Positions 8,762 through 18,462 are shown, counted from the stretch's first letter. The stretch is 64,000 nt of DNA from Cyclobacteriaceae bacterium (GCA_044349005.1 JBIKRT010000004.1:43658-107657), one strand, 5' to 3'. Program-made: numbers and translations. The notes: generated from the sequence alone by a model not told the origin.

Positions 8762-9418
8762 CTACCTAAAAAGCGTTTCAATTAAAGCGCGTGGATTCAG
8801 ACCCTCAAAATCTTCAATTACAAAATCGGTTTCAACCAATTCTTCTTTGCTATGTGTAGTGGTGATGCCCACTACTTTGGCACCTGACGCCTTCCCCGCC
8901 TTCACACCTGATAGCGAATCTTCAAAAACAATACACTTTTCGGGAGCGAAGCCCAACCGCTCGGCAGCCTTTATGTAGATTTCCGGATTAGGCTTGCTAT
9001 GCTCAATGTCAGAATCTTTTAAAATAGTCTCAAAATACTTTGCAATGTTAGTTTTTGAAAGCGTGAAATCAACGTTGCTTTGCGGTGCCGATGTGCCAAT
9101 GGCCCGCGGAATTTTATGATAATCTAAAAGATCAAGAAACGAAATAAGACCCTTCACCGGTTTAATATCACCCTCAAAAAGCGTTCGGTAAATCGCTTCT
9201 TTTTCTTCGGCATACTGATACACTTTTTCTTCGGTCAATTTCCCGAAAAGGTTGGTGAGCCATTCCTTGTTTGTGCGCCCGTACACTTTGTTGAGCAATT
9301 GCTCATCCGTTAAATGATATCCATATCGACCGCAAAACTCATTAAGTGCTATTTTGTGGTAGGGGTTGCTATCGACCAGAACACCATCCATGTCGAAGAT
9401 AAAAGCATTCGAATTCAA
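8762..9418 (-). CDS. HAD-superfamily hydrolase (beta-phosphoglucomutase-like subfamily)
   Basis: HAD motif I FIFDMDGVLVDS, motif II GTSAP and motif IV FEDSLSGVKAGKASG. Confidence 0.8.
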   Translation of the reverse strand: MNSNAFIFDMDGVLVDSNPYHKIALNEFCGRYGYHLTDEQLLNKVYGRTNKEWLTNLFGKLTEEKVYQYAEEKEAIYRTLFEGDIKPVKGLISFLDLLDYHKIPRAIGTSAPQSNVDFTLSKTNIAKYFETILKDSDIEHSKPNPEIYIKAAERLGFAPEKCIVFEDSLSGVKAGKASGAKVVGITTTHSKEELVETDFVIEDFEGLNPRALIETLFR

Positions 9419-9433
9419 ATTGCAAAAGGGTAA

Positions 9434-11638
9434 TTAGTGAACAATAAACTTCTTGTAAATCTTTTGATCGTTGGTTGTAAAGGTAGCAATGTAAAGACCA
9501 GCAGCAAGATGGCTAACCGAATAGGAATTGATTTGATTTGCCACAACCGATAGGAGATCAGACAATTTTTGACCTTGCAATGAAATAAATTGAACGCTCA
9601 TGGTTCTGTCAACTTGTATTTTTAATGATTCAGTTTGCAAAACAGGATTTGGGTAAAGGGAAATGACAGGTTCTGATGGAAGCGGTAGCGTGTCTTCATT
9701 TTTTAGAACCAATAACCCCCCGGTCGTATTACCCACAACGATGGACGGGTATTTTGTGAAAAACAGATTGGCGACCACAGGCCATACTCTTGCATTTAAT
9801 TTGCGTTCACTCAAAAACCCTGAGTTGGGGTCAATAATTAATTGACTATTGGCGGTAACTGGAGCTGGCTGCGTTCTAAAGTTCTCTATACAACTTACAA
9901 TGCCTCGTTGGTTGCCAATAATCAGCTCATCCTTACCATCGTTGTTTAAGTCTCCTGCCGACAAGGCTAAATTTTGGCGGTCCGTGCTGACTCCAAAACC
10001 AAGGTAGCTCGCATTTTTTAGCGCAAAGTTGAAACTACCCTTTGAACCAAAGTTGATCCAATATTCCACAGCTCCAGAAGATGTTCCGATTAAAAGATCG
10101 CTGCTTCCATCTTGTTCTACATCTATTACTAATACGTTTTCATTGAACTCAATATTTCGCTTAGTTGAGATCAAGGGCTGGCCCTTAATACCTAGACCAA
10201 GGGAATTTATATTCTCAAAATAAAAAAGGCTTGTGAGCCCATCTGCTTTATTGGTGGCGGTAAAAACGAAGTCGGTCTTTCCATCACCATTCATATCTGC
10301 GAACTGAGGTTTTAAGTTGTAAAACCCGTTGTGGGTAGTTGAAAAGTTGAGGTAATCGCGCGTGATGAGTTTAAAAGAAGGTTCACTCTTGGTGCCGTTA
10401 TTTTCATAAAAGTGAAAAGATGTATTCGCCTCGTTTCCATAGGAACCGATAATCATATCCAAGTCATCATCATTATCCACATCAAAAAATGCTGGCACTG
10501 AACTGTCGCCTACGTCAATCATTTCGTCTTGCAGAAAATTGTTTTTCACGAAAGTGAAATTAGGTTGCTGATTGGTACCCGTATTTTGATAAAGCCAAAC
10601 TGTTTTATCAAAGGTGGTGGCGAATGTGGTGCGCGAATAGATGTTCGAGGAAGCAATTAGATCGGGCACGCCATCAAACGTAACATCTTCATAAAAGCCT
10701 GCAGGGAAAACATCAAAATTGACAGGCGTTGTATTTGGAAACGAAGAAAAAGTGGTCATTTGCGCATCGGCCTTAGTTCCTTGGTTTGTTAACAAATACA
10801 GCTTGGTGCAGTTCTCTTCCGAGAATAAAAGCTCCTTGTCTCCATCATTATCTAAGTCAATTGTAAGAAGCGATTTGCCAGCGGCATGCGCAGTACGACC
10901 GCTTGAAGTGCAATTGGTGGCAGGCCCAAAAATAAATTTTGCACAGTCGCATTCTTCAAAATTCCCCCAATTTTGCGTGATCCGTTTCAGTTGCAATGAA
11001 TCCTTTTTCCCCGTGTTTTCAACGCTAAAATTTTTGTGATATTCAAGTGAGCCAATGCCTACAAAACGAGCAACCAGAATATCTAAATCACCATCGCCAT
11101 CAATGTCATCAATAACGGGTATGTCACTGTTATTTACCTGTAAGTTTATATTGCCACTAAACCCAACAGTAAGCAAAAAGAGGCCTTTATTGTAAGGGCG
11201 AAAACTCAACTTCTGGCCTGATTTTGTTGTATTGACAAACGCCTTTATTCCATTTGGATCGCTCGTAAAAACATCTTTTTTTCCATCGCCATTAAAATCT
11301 CTTAATAACATCCATTGATCCACGCCCGAGGGGAAAAGCGTCTCGTAAGCGGGCGCAAACTTATAATTTTTATCGTGCGCTAGGTAAGTAACTATTTTAT
11401 TGGCCGTGCGCTCGTAAATCACGAGATCTTGCTGACCGTCTCCGTTGAGATCGATGGTGTTGATTTGGGCAGAATTTATACCACCTGCCCAAGCCATCGA
11501 AACAGCACTTCCATTTATTTCTACCGGAATTGCCTGATCAATAGTATAAGCGTACTGTGCAGCCAGCGGAAAGCAGACCACGTTGAGCACGCCCAACAGC
11601 ACCACACATCTTACCATTTTGAATGCATAATTGGCCAA
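9434..11638 (-). CDS. FG-GAP/VCBS repeat protein with T9SS C-terminal sorting domain
   Basis: At least 9 DxNGDGxxD-type repeats (IDLNGDGQQDLV, RDFNGDGKKDVF, ADMNGDGKTDFV...). Signal peptide. C-terminal ~80 aa (LYPNPV...GLYIATFTT...KKFIVH) resembles a type A T9SS CTD. Confidence 0.75.
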   Translation of the reverse strand: MANYAFKMVRCVVLLGVLNVVCFPLAAQYAYTIDQAIPVEINGSAVSMAWAGGINSAQINTIDLNGDGQQDLVIYERTANKIVTYLAHDKNYKFAPAYETLFPSGVDQWMLLRDFNGDGKKDVFTSDPNGIKAFVNTTKSGQKLSFRPYNKGLFLLTVGFSGNINLQVNNSDIPVIDDIDGDGDLDILVARFVGIGSLEYHKNFSVENTGKKDSLQLKRITQNWGNFEECDCAKFIFGPATNCTSSGRTAHAAGKSLLTIDLDNDGDKELLFSEENCTKLYLLTNQGTKADAQMTTFSSFPNTTPVNFDVFPAGFYEDVTFDGVPDLIASSNIYSRTTFATTFDKTVWLYQNTGTNQQPNFTFVKNNFLQDEMIDVGDSSVPAFFDVDNDDDLDMIIGSYGNEANTSFHFYENNGTKSEPSFKLITRDYLNFSTTHNGFYNLKPQFADMNGDGKTDFVFTATNKADGLTSLFYFENINSLGLGIKGQPLISTKRNIEFNENVLVIDVEQDGSSDLLIGTSSGAVEYWINFGSKGSFNFALKNASYLGFGVSTDRQNLALSAGDLNNDGKDELIIGNQRGIVSCIENFRTQPAPVTANSQLIIDPNSGFLSERKLNARVWPVVANLFFTKYPSIVVGNTTGGLLVLKNEDTLPLPSEPVISLYPNPVLQTESLKIQVDRTMSVQFISLQGQKLSDLLSVVANQINSYSVSHLAAGLYIATFTTNDQKIYKKFIVH

Positions 11639-11652
11639 ATCTTTTCCTAAAT

Positions 11653-11678
11653 CAACGAATTAACAACACAACGAATTA
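11653..11678. repeat. 10-nt direct repeat CAACGAATTA x2 (16-nt period) in the divergent intergenic region
   Basis: 11653-11662 and 11669-11678 are identical. The repeat lies between the FG-GAP gene (-) and murF (+). Confidence 0.6.
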
Positions 11679-11713
11679 TCTTAGCGCAAGATAACCTTTA
11701 TCAGATTCCCTTC

Positions 11714-12994
11714 ATGATTGAAAATCTTCATTATCTCTTTTCAAAATGTGGTGCAGTAAGCACAGACACCCGTGCTATTGTGCCTGGCTCTATTTTCTTT
11801 GCGCTGAAAGGGCCTAAGTTTAATGCTAACGCTTTTGCGGAAGAGGCGCTGGCCAAAGGGGCCGCGTATGCTGTAATTGATGATACTAATTTTAAAAAGG
11901 ACGAACGCTATATTTTAGTAGAAGACACCCTAAAGACCCTCCAAAAACTGGCTCGATACCATCGCGACAAGCTGGACATACCCGTTATTGGCCTTACTGG
12001 ATCAAATGGTAAAACCACCAGCAAAGAACTATTGAATGCCGTACTGAGCAAGAGATACAAGACCTACGCCACCAAAGGAAATCTTAACAATCACATCGGT
12101 GTGCCGTTAACCCTACTTTCAATTGACTACACCATCGAAATAGCTATTATTGAAATGGGCGCTAACCACGTGGGCGATATTGAAGAACTCTGCAGTTATT
12201 GCGATCCTACCATCGGGTTTATCACCAATATTGGCAAAGCGCATATTGGTGAGTTTGGTGGTTTTCAAAATATCATAAAGGGAAAGACAGAGATTTACAA
12301 ACACTTACTGGATAATTTCGGAGCGGTATTTATCAATTCTCAAAATCCAATTTTAGCACCTTTCGCTGCCGATTTTGACCACCCTTATTTTTATCCAGGC
12401 CCGCAAGATTTTTATCACTGCGAGTTCATCGATGCCAATCCCTTTGTGCGTGTAAGAGCTGAAAATGGAGAAGTGCTAACAACCCGCCTTACGGGAGCAT
12501 ATAACTTTGAAAATATTGCTGTGGCGCTGTGCCTTGGATTATTTTTTGGTGTTGACCCAACTATGGCAAATGAGGCAGTGCAGACTTATGAGCCTAGCAA
12601 TATGCGCTCACAAATAATCAACAAGGGCAGCAATACGATCATTTTAGACGCCTACAATGCTAACCCTACTTCGATGGAAGCGGCCATTATTAACCTATCA
12701 AAAATAAACGCCAATAGAAAGGTGGCCATTTTGGGAGATATGTTTGAATTGGGTGATGATGCCGCGGCTGAACACAAGCGAATTGGTGAACTTTTGAAAG
12801 AACTAAACATAAACGAAGCGTATGTAGTAGGCGGTTTAATGAAGTCGGCACGAGAAGTAAACGCTGCCATTAAACACGTTGAAACTAAACAAGAACTCAT
12901 CGAACTGTTGGCGAAACAACCTATTAGTGGTGCTACCATTTTAGTGAAAGCTTCGCGCGGAATTGGTTTAGAAACTATTGTTGACAGTTTATGA
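11714..12994 (+). CDS. murF: UDP-N-acetylmuramoyl-tripeptide--D-alanyl-D-alanine ligase
   Basis: Mur ligase P-loop GLTGSNGKTTSKE, DAYNANPTSM and overall MurF layout. Confidence 0.9.
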   Translation: MIENLHYLFSKCGAVSTDTRAIVPGSIFFALKGPKFNANAFAEEALAKGAAYAVIDDTNFKKDERYILVEDTLKTLQKLARYHRDKLDIPVIGLTGSNGKTTSKELLNAVLSKRYKTYATKGNLNNHIGVPLTLLSIDYTIEIAIIEMGANHVGDIEELCSYCDPTIGFITNIGKAHIGEFGGFQNIIKGKTEIYKHLLDNFGAVFINSQNPILAPFAADFDHPYFYPGPQDFYHCEFIDANPFVRVRAENGEVLTTRLTGAYNFENIAVALCLGLFFGVDPTMANEAVQTYEPSNMRSQIINKGSNTIILDAYNANPTSMEAAIINLSKINANRKVAILGDMFELGDDAAAEHKRIGELLKELNINEAYVVGGLMKSAREVNAAIKHVETKQELIELLAKQPISGATILVKASRGIGLETIVDSL

Positions 12995-14217
12995 GGTTAG
13001 CTCTTCTATTGCAGCGTATTAGCGGAAGTGATGACCGATTCGACTTGGAGCACCGAGTTTTTAATACACTTACTTTCTCTACCACGTTTCTGTGCCTTTT
13101 GGCCGCCATAATAAATTCGCAGGTTGGATTTAGTTTAGTAGGTTCGATGCTGGCTCTCTTAGGAAGTTTTATTTCTTTTTTTCTTTTTTATCTCGCCCGC
13201 ATAAAACATAGGTTTAATAACATTATGCTCTTTACGATGGTTGGCTTCGCCATGCTATTGATAGGTGTCGTTTTTCCATTCGATGGCGGATCTAAGGGTC
13301 CTCTGGCGTTTGTCTTTATTTCATTGGTTCATGTTTTTATTATTATCAGCAACAATAGAACACAAACAGCAGTATTTTTTTTAATGTTATTTACAATGAC
13401 TTCCCTTTATGGATTAGAATACTATCAGCCAAAATGGATTAACAATAGTTATCCTGATTCACAAACCCGGTTATTAGACTTTATTTTCACTATGGGGTAT
13501 TCTCTTTTTTTTATCCTCATAACCACACTAGTTTTTAAAAAAAGTTACAATAGGGAACGAAAAAGAGTAGTGAATCAAAATGAGGAATTGACTCAATTGA
13601 ATCGAAAAATGGTGGAAAAGACAAAACAAATTGAAACACTTATGAAAGAACTAAGCCACCGTGTTAAAAACAACCTACAGGTGGTAACAAGTCTTTTAAA
13701 CTTACAATCTAACAGAATTAAAGACCCTGAAGCTAGGGCGGCTCTTTTAGATGGCAGAAACCGACTGATATCTATGATTTTGTTGCATCAAAAATTGTAT
13801 ATTACTGATAAGCCCACGGTGGTTGAAATGAAAGAATATATTCATGATTTGGCATACGTACTGTTGGAGTCAAATAGACCAGACCGGGAACTATTGGTTT
13901 TAAATTTAGACGAGATCTCATTGAAAATCGAATCCGCAGTTCCCCTCGGTTTGATCTTGAATGAATTAATTACCAACTCTCTCAAATATGCTTTTGTAAA
14001 TGAAAGTTCGAGTGATCGCATTGAAATTTCTTTTTTAAGACATGAAAAGAACTTGGTTCTTACCGTGAAAGACAACGGGGTGGGATTTACCCGAAAAAAT
14101 AATTCTTCTTTTGGATTACAATTGGTAGATTCTTTAACTTCCCAATTGGAAGCAACATGTGAGATGATTTCAGCAAGTGGAATGACCACTATAATTACAC
14201 TGACACAAAATGATTAG
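12991..14217 (+). CDS. Membrane sensor histidine kinase (HisKA_2 / HWE-like dimerisation domain)
   Basis: About 6 predicted TM helices, then the H-box LSHRVKNNLQVVTSLLNLQS and the HATPase region LILNELITNSLKYAF...DNGVGF. ATGA overlap with the murF stop. Confidence 0.8.
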   Translation: MRLALLLQRISGSDDRFDLEHRVFNTLTFSTTFLCLLAAIINSQVGFSLVGSMLALLGSFISFFLFYLARIKHRFNNIMLFTMVGFAMLLIGVVFPFDGGSKGPLAFVFISLVHVFIIISNNRTQTAVFFLMLFTMTSLYGLEYYQPKWINNSYPDSQTRLLDFIFTMGYSLFFILITTLVFKKSYNRERKRVVNQNEELTQLNRKMVEKTKQIETLMKELSHRVKNNLQVVTSLLNLQSNRIKDPEARAALLDGRNRLISMILLHQKLYITDKPTVVEMKEYIHDLAYVLLESNRPDRELLVLNLDEISLKIESAVPLGLILNELITNSLKYAFVNESSSDRIEISFLRHEKNLVLTVKDNGVGFTRKNNSSFGLQLVDSLTSQLEATCEMISASGMTTIITLTQND

Positions 14218-14815
14218 AGCAAATTTTAAAATATTAATTGTAGAAGACGAAGTTTTAGTCGCCATGGACATTAAAGAGATGCTGACTAGGCTTGGCTATC
14301 AAGTAATTGGACTGGCTGACAGACTTTCATCTGCTTTGTCATTGTTTACGCAACATGAGCCGGATCTCCTCCTGTGTGACGTAAAGATAAAGGGAGAGCG
14401 AACAGGCATAGAAGTGGTAAGCGAACTAAGGCTATTGCAAAAGCCTTTTGATGTAATTTATTTAACTGCCTATTCTGATGAGACAACTCTGTTGCAAGCA
14501 TTTAGCACTGGGCCTAAATCTTATTTAATGAAACCTTTCACTGAAATTCAGTTAGAAGTTGCGGTAAATCAAGCTTTTCATCAATGGTCAAATGGATTGA
14601 ATAGATTAGATGAATGCCCTTTCACTGAACGGGAGCTTGAGATACTTCTTTGTCTAGAACAAGGATTGCCCTCAAAAGTTATCGCAACAAAATTGTCGAT
14701 CAGCCCTGACACCGTTAAAACCCACCGAAGAAATATGTTGACCAAAATTGGAGTCGAAAACTCGTTAAAACTCATTAACACGGCAATTGCCAAAGGTTGG
14801 ATCCGAAAAAACTAA
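14210..14815 (+). CDS. Response regulator, REC + LuxR-type HTH
   Basis: ILIVEDE...DLLLCDVKI receiver domain. C-terminal LTERELEILLCLEQGLPSKVIATKLSISPDTVKTHRRNM. 8-nt overlap with the kinase gene. Confidence 0.85.
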   Translation: MIRANFKILIVEDEVLVAMDIKEMLTRLGYQVIGLADRLSSALSLFTQHEPDLLLCDVKIKGERTGIEVVSELRLLQKPFDVIYLTAYSDETTLLQAFSTGPKSYLMKPFTEIQLEVAVNQAFHQWSNGLNRLDECPFTERELEILLCLEQGLPSKVIATKLSISPDTVKTHRRNMLTKIGVENSLKLINTAIAKGWIRKN

Positions 14816-14826
14816 TTTTAAAGTAT

Positions 14827-15489
14827 ATGGAACTGTCGGCCGTTTTAAAATTTCTTGCTTCACTTGCTAAGAACAATAATCGCGAATGGTTTGAAAAAAA
14901 CAAGCCCGTCTATCTTCAAGCCAAAGCCAACTTCGATGAGTTTCTTGCTGCGTTTTTGAACGAGCTTGTTAAACAGGATGAAAGCCTAGCCACCCTAAAT
15001 CCCAAAAAGCTAGGCTTTAGAATCTATCGCGATGTACGTTTCAGCAAAGATAAGAGCCCGTATAAAATAAATATGGGAGCCGGGTTTTCGCCTGGCGGTA
15101 AGATGGAACAAGAGCCCGGTTATTATTTACACTTGCAGCCTGGTAATAAAAGTTTTATTGCAGCCGGCATGTACATGCCTGAAGCGGAAAAGCTCGCAAA
15201 AATTAGGCAAGAGATTGATTATAATTCTGAAAAACTGTTAGAAATTCTAAATGCCAAAGCGTTTAAAAAACTCTTCCCATCGCTAGATGATTTTGATAAG
15301 CTAAAGACTGCCCCAAAGGGCTATGCGAAAGACCACCCGCAACTAGAATTGCTAAAGCACAAGAGCTTCATTGTTTCACATCCATTTACAGATGAGGAAG
15401 TAAAAGACAATAAGTTCTTGAAAGAATTAACCCGTGTAACAAAAACAGTAATGCCTTTTAAAGATTTTTTGGTGGAGGCGATAGAGTGA
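14827..15489 (+). CDS. DUF2461 (TIGR02453-like) family protein
   Basis: LKFLASLAKNNNREWFEKNKPVY...YRDVRFSKDKSPYK. I prefer the Met at 14827 to the ORF-track start at 14797, which overlaps the preceding gene. Confidence 0.7.
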   Translation: MELSAVLKFLASLAKNNNREWFEKNKPVYLQAKANFDEFLAAFLNELVKQDESLATLNPKKLGFRIYRDVRFSKDKSPYKINMGAGFSPGGKMEQEPGYYLHLQPGNKSFIAAGMYMPEAEKLAKIRQEIDYNSEKLLEILNAKAFKKLFPSLDDFDKLKTAPKGYAKDHPQLELLKHKSFIVSHPFTDEEVKDNKFLKELTRVTKTVMPFKDFLVEAIE

Positions 15490-15490
15490 A

Positions 15491-16222
15491 TCAAATCCCT
15501 AGCACCCCTTTCAACTTGGCATATCCCGTTTGACTCAACGGAATCTTGGTTCCATTTTTTAGCAATGCTAGATAGGAGTCTTTCGCCAATGGTTCAATGC
15601 GAGTTAACTCTTGTAGGTTCATAATACACGACCTGTGAACCCGCACAAACTGGGTGGAGTCCAACGCTTTTTCATAGAAACTCATGGTCTTCTTTTTCAA
15701 AAAGAAACCATCCGTGGTGTGTATTTTAACGTAGTCATCGTAGGCTTCAATAAAGTGAATTTGTTGAACAGGCACAATCACGATATTGTTTCCTTTCTTT
15801 ACTACAATGCGTGAGTGTTCTTCGGGCTGGGTTGAAATCGATTCCGCCAATGGGGCTGTAACTTTATTGCCTCTGTTAGCCAACCACGAGTGCATCGCTT
15901 TGTCAAAACGTTCCTTGCTGAAGGGTTTTAAGAGGTAATCAATGGCATGGGCTTCAAATGCTTTAATGGCATACTCGTCAAACGCGGTGGTGAAAATAAC
16001 AGCAGGCGGTTGCTCTATCAACTCCAGCATTTCAAACCCGTTTATTTTAGGCATTTGTATGTCCAGAAAAATTAAATCTGGTTGATGCTCAGAAATAGCT
16101 TTGACGCCTTCAAACCCATTGCTACACTCTTGTAAAATTTCGATTTCAGAATATCCCTGAAGGTACTCTCTTACAATCGAGCGAGCCAGCGGTTCATCAT
16201 CAATAAGAATAGTTCTAATCAT
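15491..16222 (-). CDS. LytR/AlgR-family response regulator (REC + LytTR DNA-binding domain)
   Basis: ILIDDEPLAR...DLIFLDIQMP receiver domain. C-terminal LytTR-like region IHFIEAYDDYVKIHT...FVRVHRSCIMN. Confidence 0.9.
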   Translation of the reverse strand: MIRTILIDDEPLARSIVREYLQGYSEIEILQECSNGFEGVKAISEHQPDLIFLDIQMPKINGFEMLELIEQPPAVIFTTAFDEYAIKAFEAHAIDYLLKPFSKERFDKAMHSWLANRGNKVTAPLAESISTQPEEHSRIVVKKGNNIVIVPVQQIHFIEAYDDYVKIHTTDGFFLKKKTMSFYEKALDSTQFVRVHRSCIMNLQELTRIEPLAKDSYLALLKNGTKIPLSQTGYAKLKGVLGI

Positions 16223-17259
16223 GCCAGTTGTGGAATTTTTAACGTGGTGATGAAGGTGTTTCCATCTTGTTTAATAGTTAACAAGCTACTTTGTCCATAA
16301 ACTAAAAAGAGTCGTCTGTCAACAGATTGCAACCCAAAACCTGTTCCTTTTTTTGGCGAGGCAGTGGTTGGGTCGAACGGGTTTTTTACCTCCATGATTA
16401 AATAATTATTTTCCTTTCGTGCAGTTATGTCAATTTCGATATCGTCCAACGTATCGTACAACCCAAATTTAATCGCATTCTCCACGATGGGCTGAAGAAG
16501 TAACGATGGAAGGGCTAGCGAGAGGCTTTCGTCACTCGCGTGGATGGATGTCTCTAGCCGATGGCCGAACCGAACCTTTTCTATATCCAGGTACAATTGC
16601 AAGTGAGCAAGTTCTTCGGCTAGTGTGATTAACTGCTTATCATCTTTCTTCAACGTACCCCTAAGAAAGTCGCTTAACTGTTGAATCATGGCACGTGCTC
16701 TTTCGGGTTGCGAGCCAACCAACGCACTGATTGAATTTAAGCTGTTGAACAAAAAATGAGGCTGCAATTGTTGACGAAGATTTGCCAATTCAGCTTCGCG
16801 GGAAAGACGCTCGGCATCTTCTTTTCGGCTGATGCTTTCTTGCTGATCTCGAAAGTAACCCCAAAACCAAGTGATGATTGAAATCAAAAGAATCATCAAT
16901 AGGTTATAAAAAAGTCTTATCGGATAGGAATTCGCAAAAAACACTTCATAATCTGTTGTTTTAATAAGTTCAACGATAAGCCATTCTTGCGCCATTACTC
17001 CAAGCCCAGCAAGTCCTAGCGGCTGAATCAATGCTTGGATTATTTTTTTTGTCGTTGGTAACCCTAGCCGAAGCGTTTTGTTCACAATAAAACTAGCAAG
17101 GGCAATCAACGTTTGCGTGGCAATTGCGTCAGTAACAGCTTCATTCCAGCGGAAGCCAAAACGCAAAATAGTGAGTGCCTGACATACGCCACAAAAAATC
17201 GCCCAAACTAGGTACGAGATGCCGACTTTTAGCGGAAATGGAATGGATTTGAACATCAC
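16219..17259 (-). CDS. LytS-type sensor histidine kinase (His_kinase domain)
   Basis: Multi-pass N-terminus, then LRQQLQPHFLFNSLNSISAL and an HATPase-like C-terminus. 4-nt overlap with the regulator gene. Confidence 0.85.
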   Translation of the reverse strand: MMFKSIPFPLKVGISYLVWAIFCGVCQALTILRFGFRWNEAVTDAIATQTLIALASFIVNKTLRLGLPTTKKIIQALIQPLGLAGLGVMAQEWLIVELIKTTDYEVFFANSYPIRLFYNLLMILLISIITWFWGYFRDQQESISRKEDAERLSREAELANLRQQLQPHFLFNSLNSISALVGSQPERARAMIQQLSDFLRGTLKKDDKQLITLAEELAHLQLYLDIEKVRFGHRLETSIHASDESLSLALPSLLLQPIVENAIKFGLYDTLDDIEIDITARKENNYLIMEVKNPFDPTTASPKKGTGFGLQSVDRRLFLVYGQSSLLTIKQDGNTFITTLKIPQLA

Positions 17260-17594
17260 GCAAATCTCAATTGAAGTGCTGCCGCTTTGTAATGCACAAA
17301 ATTAATGTAGTTCTGAGCTTCGTTGGTTTCATGAACTAACGAGTACAATTCGGTGCCATCTGTAAAACTTGGCACCAAATTTAACTCTGCGATATTCACA
17401 AACTCCCATTTACAAAGTTGATTTGAATCGGCAAGTGATGTTGACTCTTCTGTTAGTCCATAAACCCTCGATTTTAACAACGCTTCTTCCTCGTTAGCAG
17501 CTTCAATCAACTTCAGTTGTTCGTCAAATTGAGTCTGATTTACCTCTTTTACAGAAACGATTTTGAAAACTATTTTTGCCAGGTACCAATTCAT
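17256..17594 (-). CDS. DUF4288-like small protein
   Basis: 112 aa starting MNWYLAKIVFKI...FDEQLKLIEA, reminiscent of DUF4288. 4-nt overlap with the kinase gene. Confidence 0.5.
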   Translation of the reverse strand: MNWYLAKIVFKIVSVKEVNQTQFDEQLKLIEAANEEEALLKSRVYGLTEESTSLADSNQLCKWEFVNIAELNLVPSFTDGTELYSLVHETNEAQNYINFVHYKAAALQLRFA

Positions 17595-17623
17595 ACCGCT
17601 TCGCTTGTTTGAGTGTTGGTAGT

Positions 17624-18355
17624 TTAATAACTTTTAATCTCCACTCCGCCCAGCAAACAAGTTCCGGTAATCCGAAGAAGTTTATTAGGATCGGAGAAAT
17701 TTTTGCCCACGGCTCGCTTTTCGTCCACACCGCCAAGTATGCACACTACATCTGATTTAATGCCCCAGTGTGGAGGTACAATTATTACTGTGCCGCCCAT
17801 TACATTGGTAATATCAATCGTGGCAGTGGCGGTCATGTCTGCTTGGCTTAAGTTGATTTCCGACCCTCCTAATATCGAAGTAATCTCGCCCCCTTTAAAA
17901 TCTTTCGAAATCACGTTTTCTTTTGTGCCGCTTAACACCGAGGTTACTCTAATCACGTTGTCGTTGCTTTCGTGGGTCATTCCCCAATCTTTGTCTGCGC
18001 TCTTTTTTTTAGGCGATCGCAACAGTATCACCAACCCTATAGAAATAACAATGATGGGCCAATAATACGGGCGAAGATTGAAGTCAAAGAAAATGTCTTC
18101 GGCCAAAAAAGCACTGCCGATCAAAACCAGAATAATCCAACTTCCAGGTTTAAATGAGCGTCTCGCTCCAATAAATAATCCTACTGCAATCAAAATCATT
18201 TTCCAGCTAAACAGCCAGTAGGGTAGATCAAGCCCAGAACGTTCTGCCAATAGGAATCCTCCCACTATTACAAAGCCAAGTCCAACCCAAACGCGGCCAG
18301 CAGGCTCCTTCAACGATTTCTTTTCGATCGGTTCAAGATCATTTATCTTTTCCAT
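17624..18355 (-). CDS. LiaF-like membrane protein (cell-wall-active antibiotic response family)
   Basis: Four TM helices in the N-terminal half. The C-terminal half has repetitive GG-x-E/V-I strands (GGEITSILGGSEINL...MGGTVIIVPPHWGI...LGGVD...LLGGVEI), as in LiaF C-terminal domains. Confidence 0.6.
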   Translation of the reverse strand: MEKINDLEPIEKKSLKEPAGRVWVGLGFVIVGGFLLAERSGLDLPYWLFSWKMILIAVGLFIGARRSFKPGSWIILVLIGSAFLAEDIFFDFNLRPYYWPIIVISIGLVILLRSPKKKSADKDWGMTHESNDNVIRVTSVLSGTKENVISKDFKGGEITSILGGSEINLSQADMTATATIDITNVMGGTVIIVPPHWGIKSDVVCILGGVDEKRAVGKNFSDPNKLLRITGTCLLGGVEIKSY

Positions 18356-18415
18356 AGTTGTATAAGTTTATGTTCAAAGCAACGCAAGCAAAGTAAAAAA
18401 AGCCATCCCTAAAAG

Positions 18416-18462
18416 GTAGGGCAAGGCCAAAAGTAGGTGAATGGCGGTGGGGCGTAGGCGAA
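18416..18462. promoter_or_regulatory. Three 9-nt direct repeats GTAGG(G/T/C)(C/G)AA, candidate LytTR regulator site
   Basis: GTAGGGCAA at 18416-18424, GTAGGTGAA at 18433-18441 and GTAGGCGAA at 18454-18462. The last two are spaced 21 nt start to start (9-nt repeat + 12-nt spacer). They lie 61-107 nt upstream of the LiaF-like gene start. Confidence 0.4.

Noticed and set aside
17524-17736. 70-aa ORF bridging the DUF4288 and LiaF-like genes
   Set aside because: It overlaps both flanking same-strand genes in another frame and has no motif. The 29-nt spacer is better explained as an intercistronic gap.
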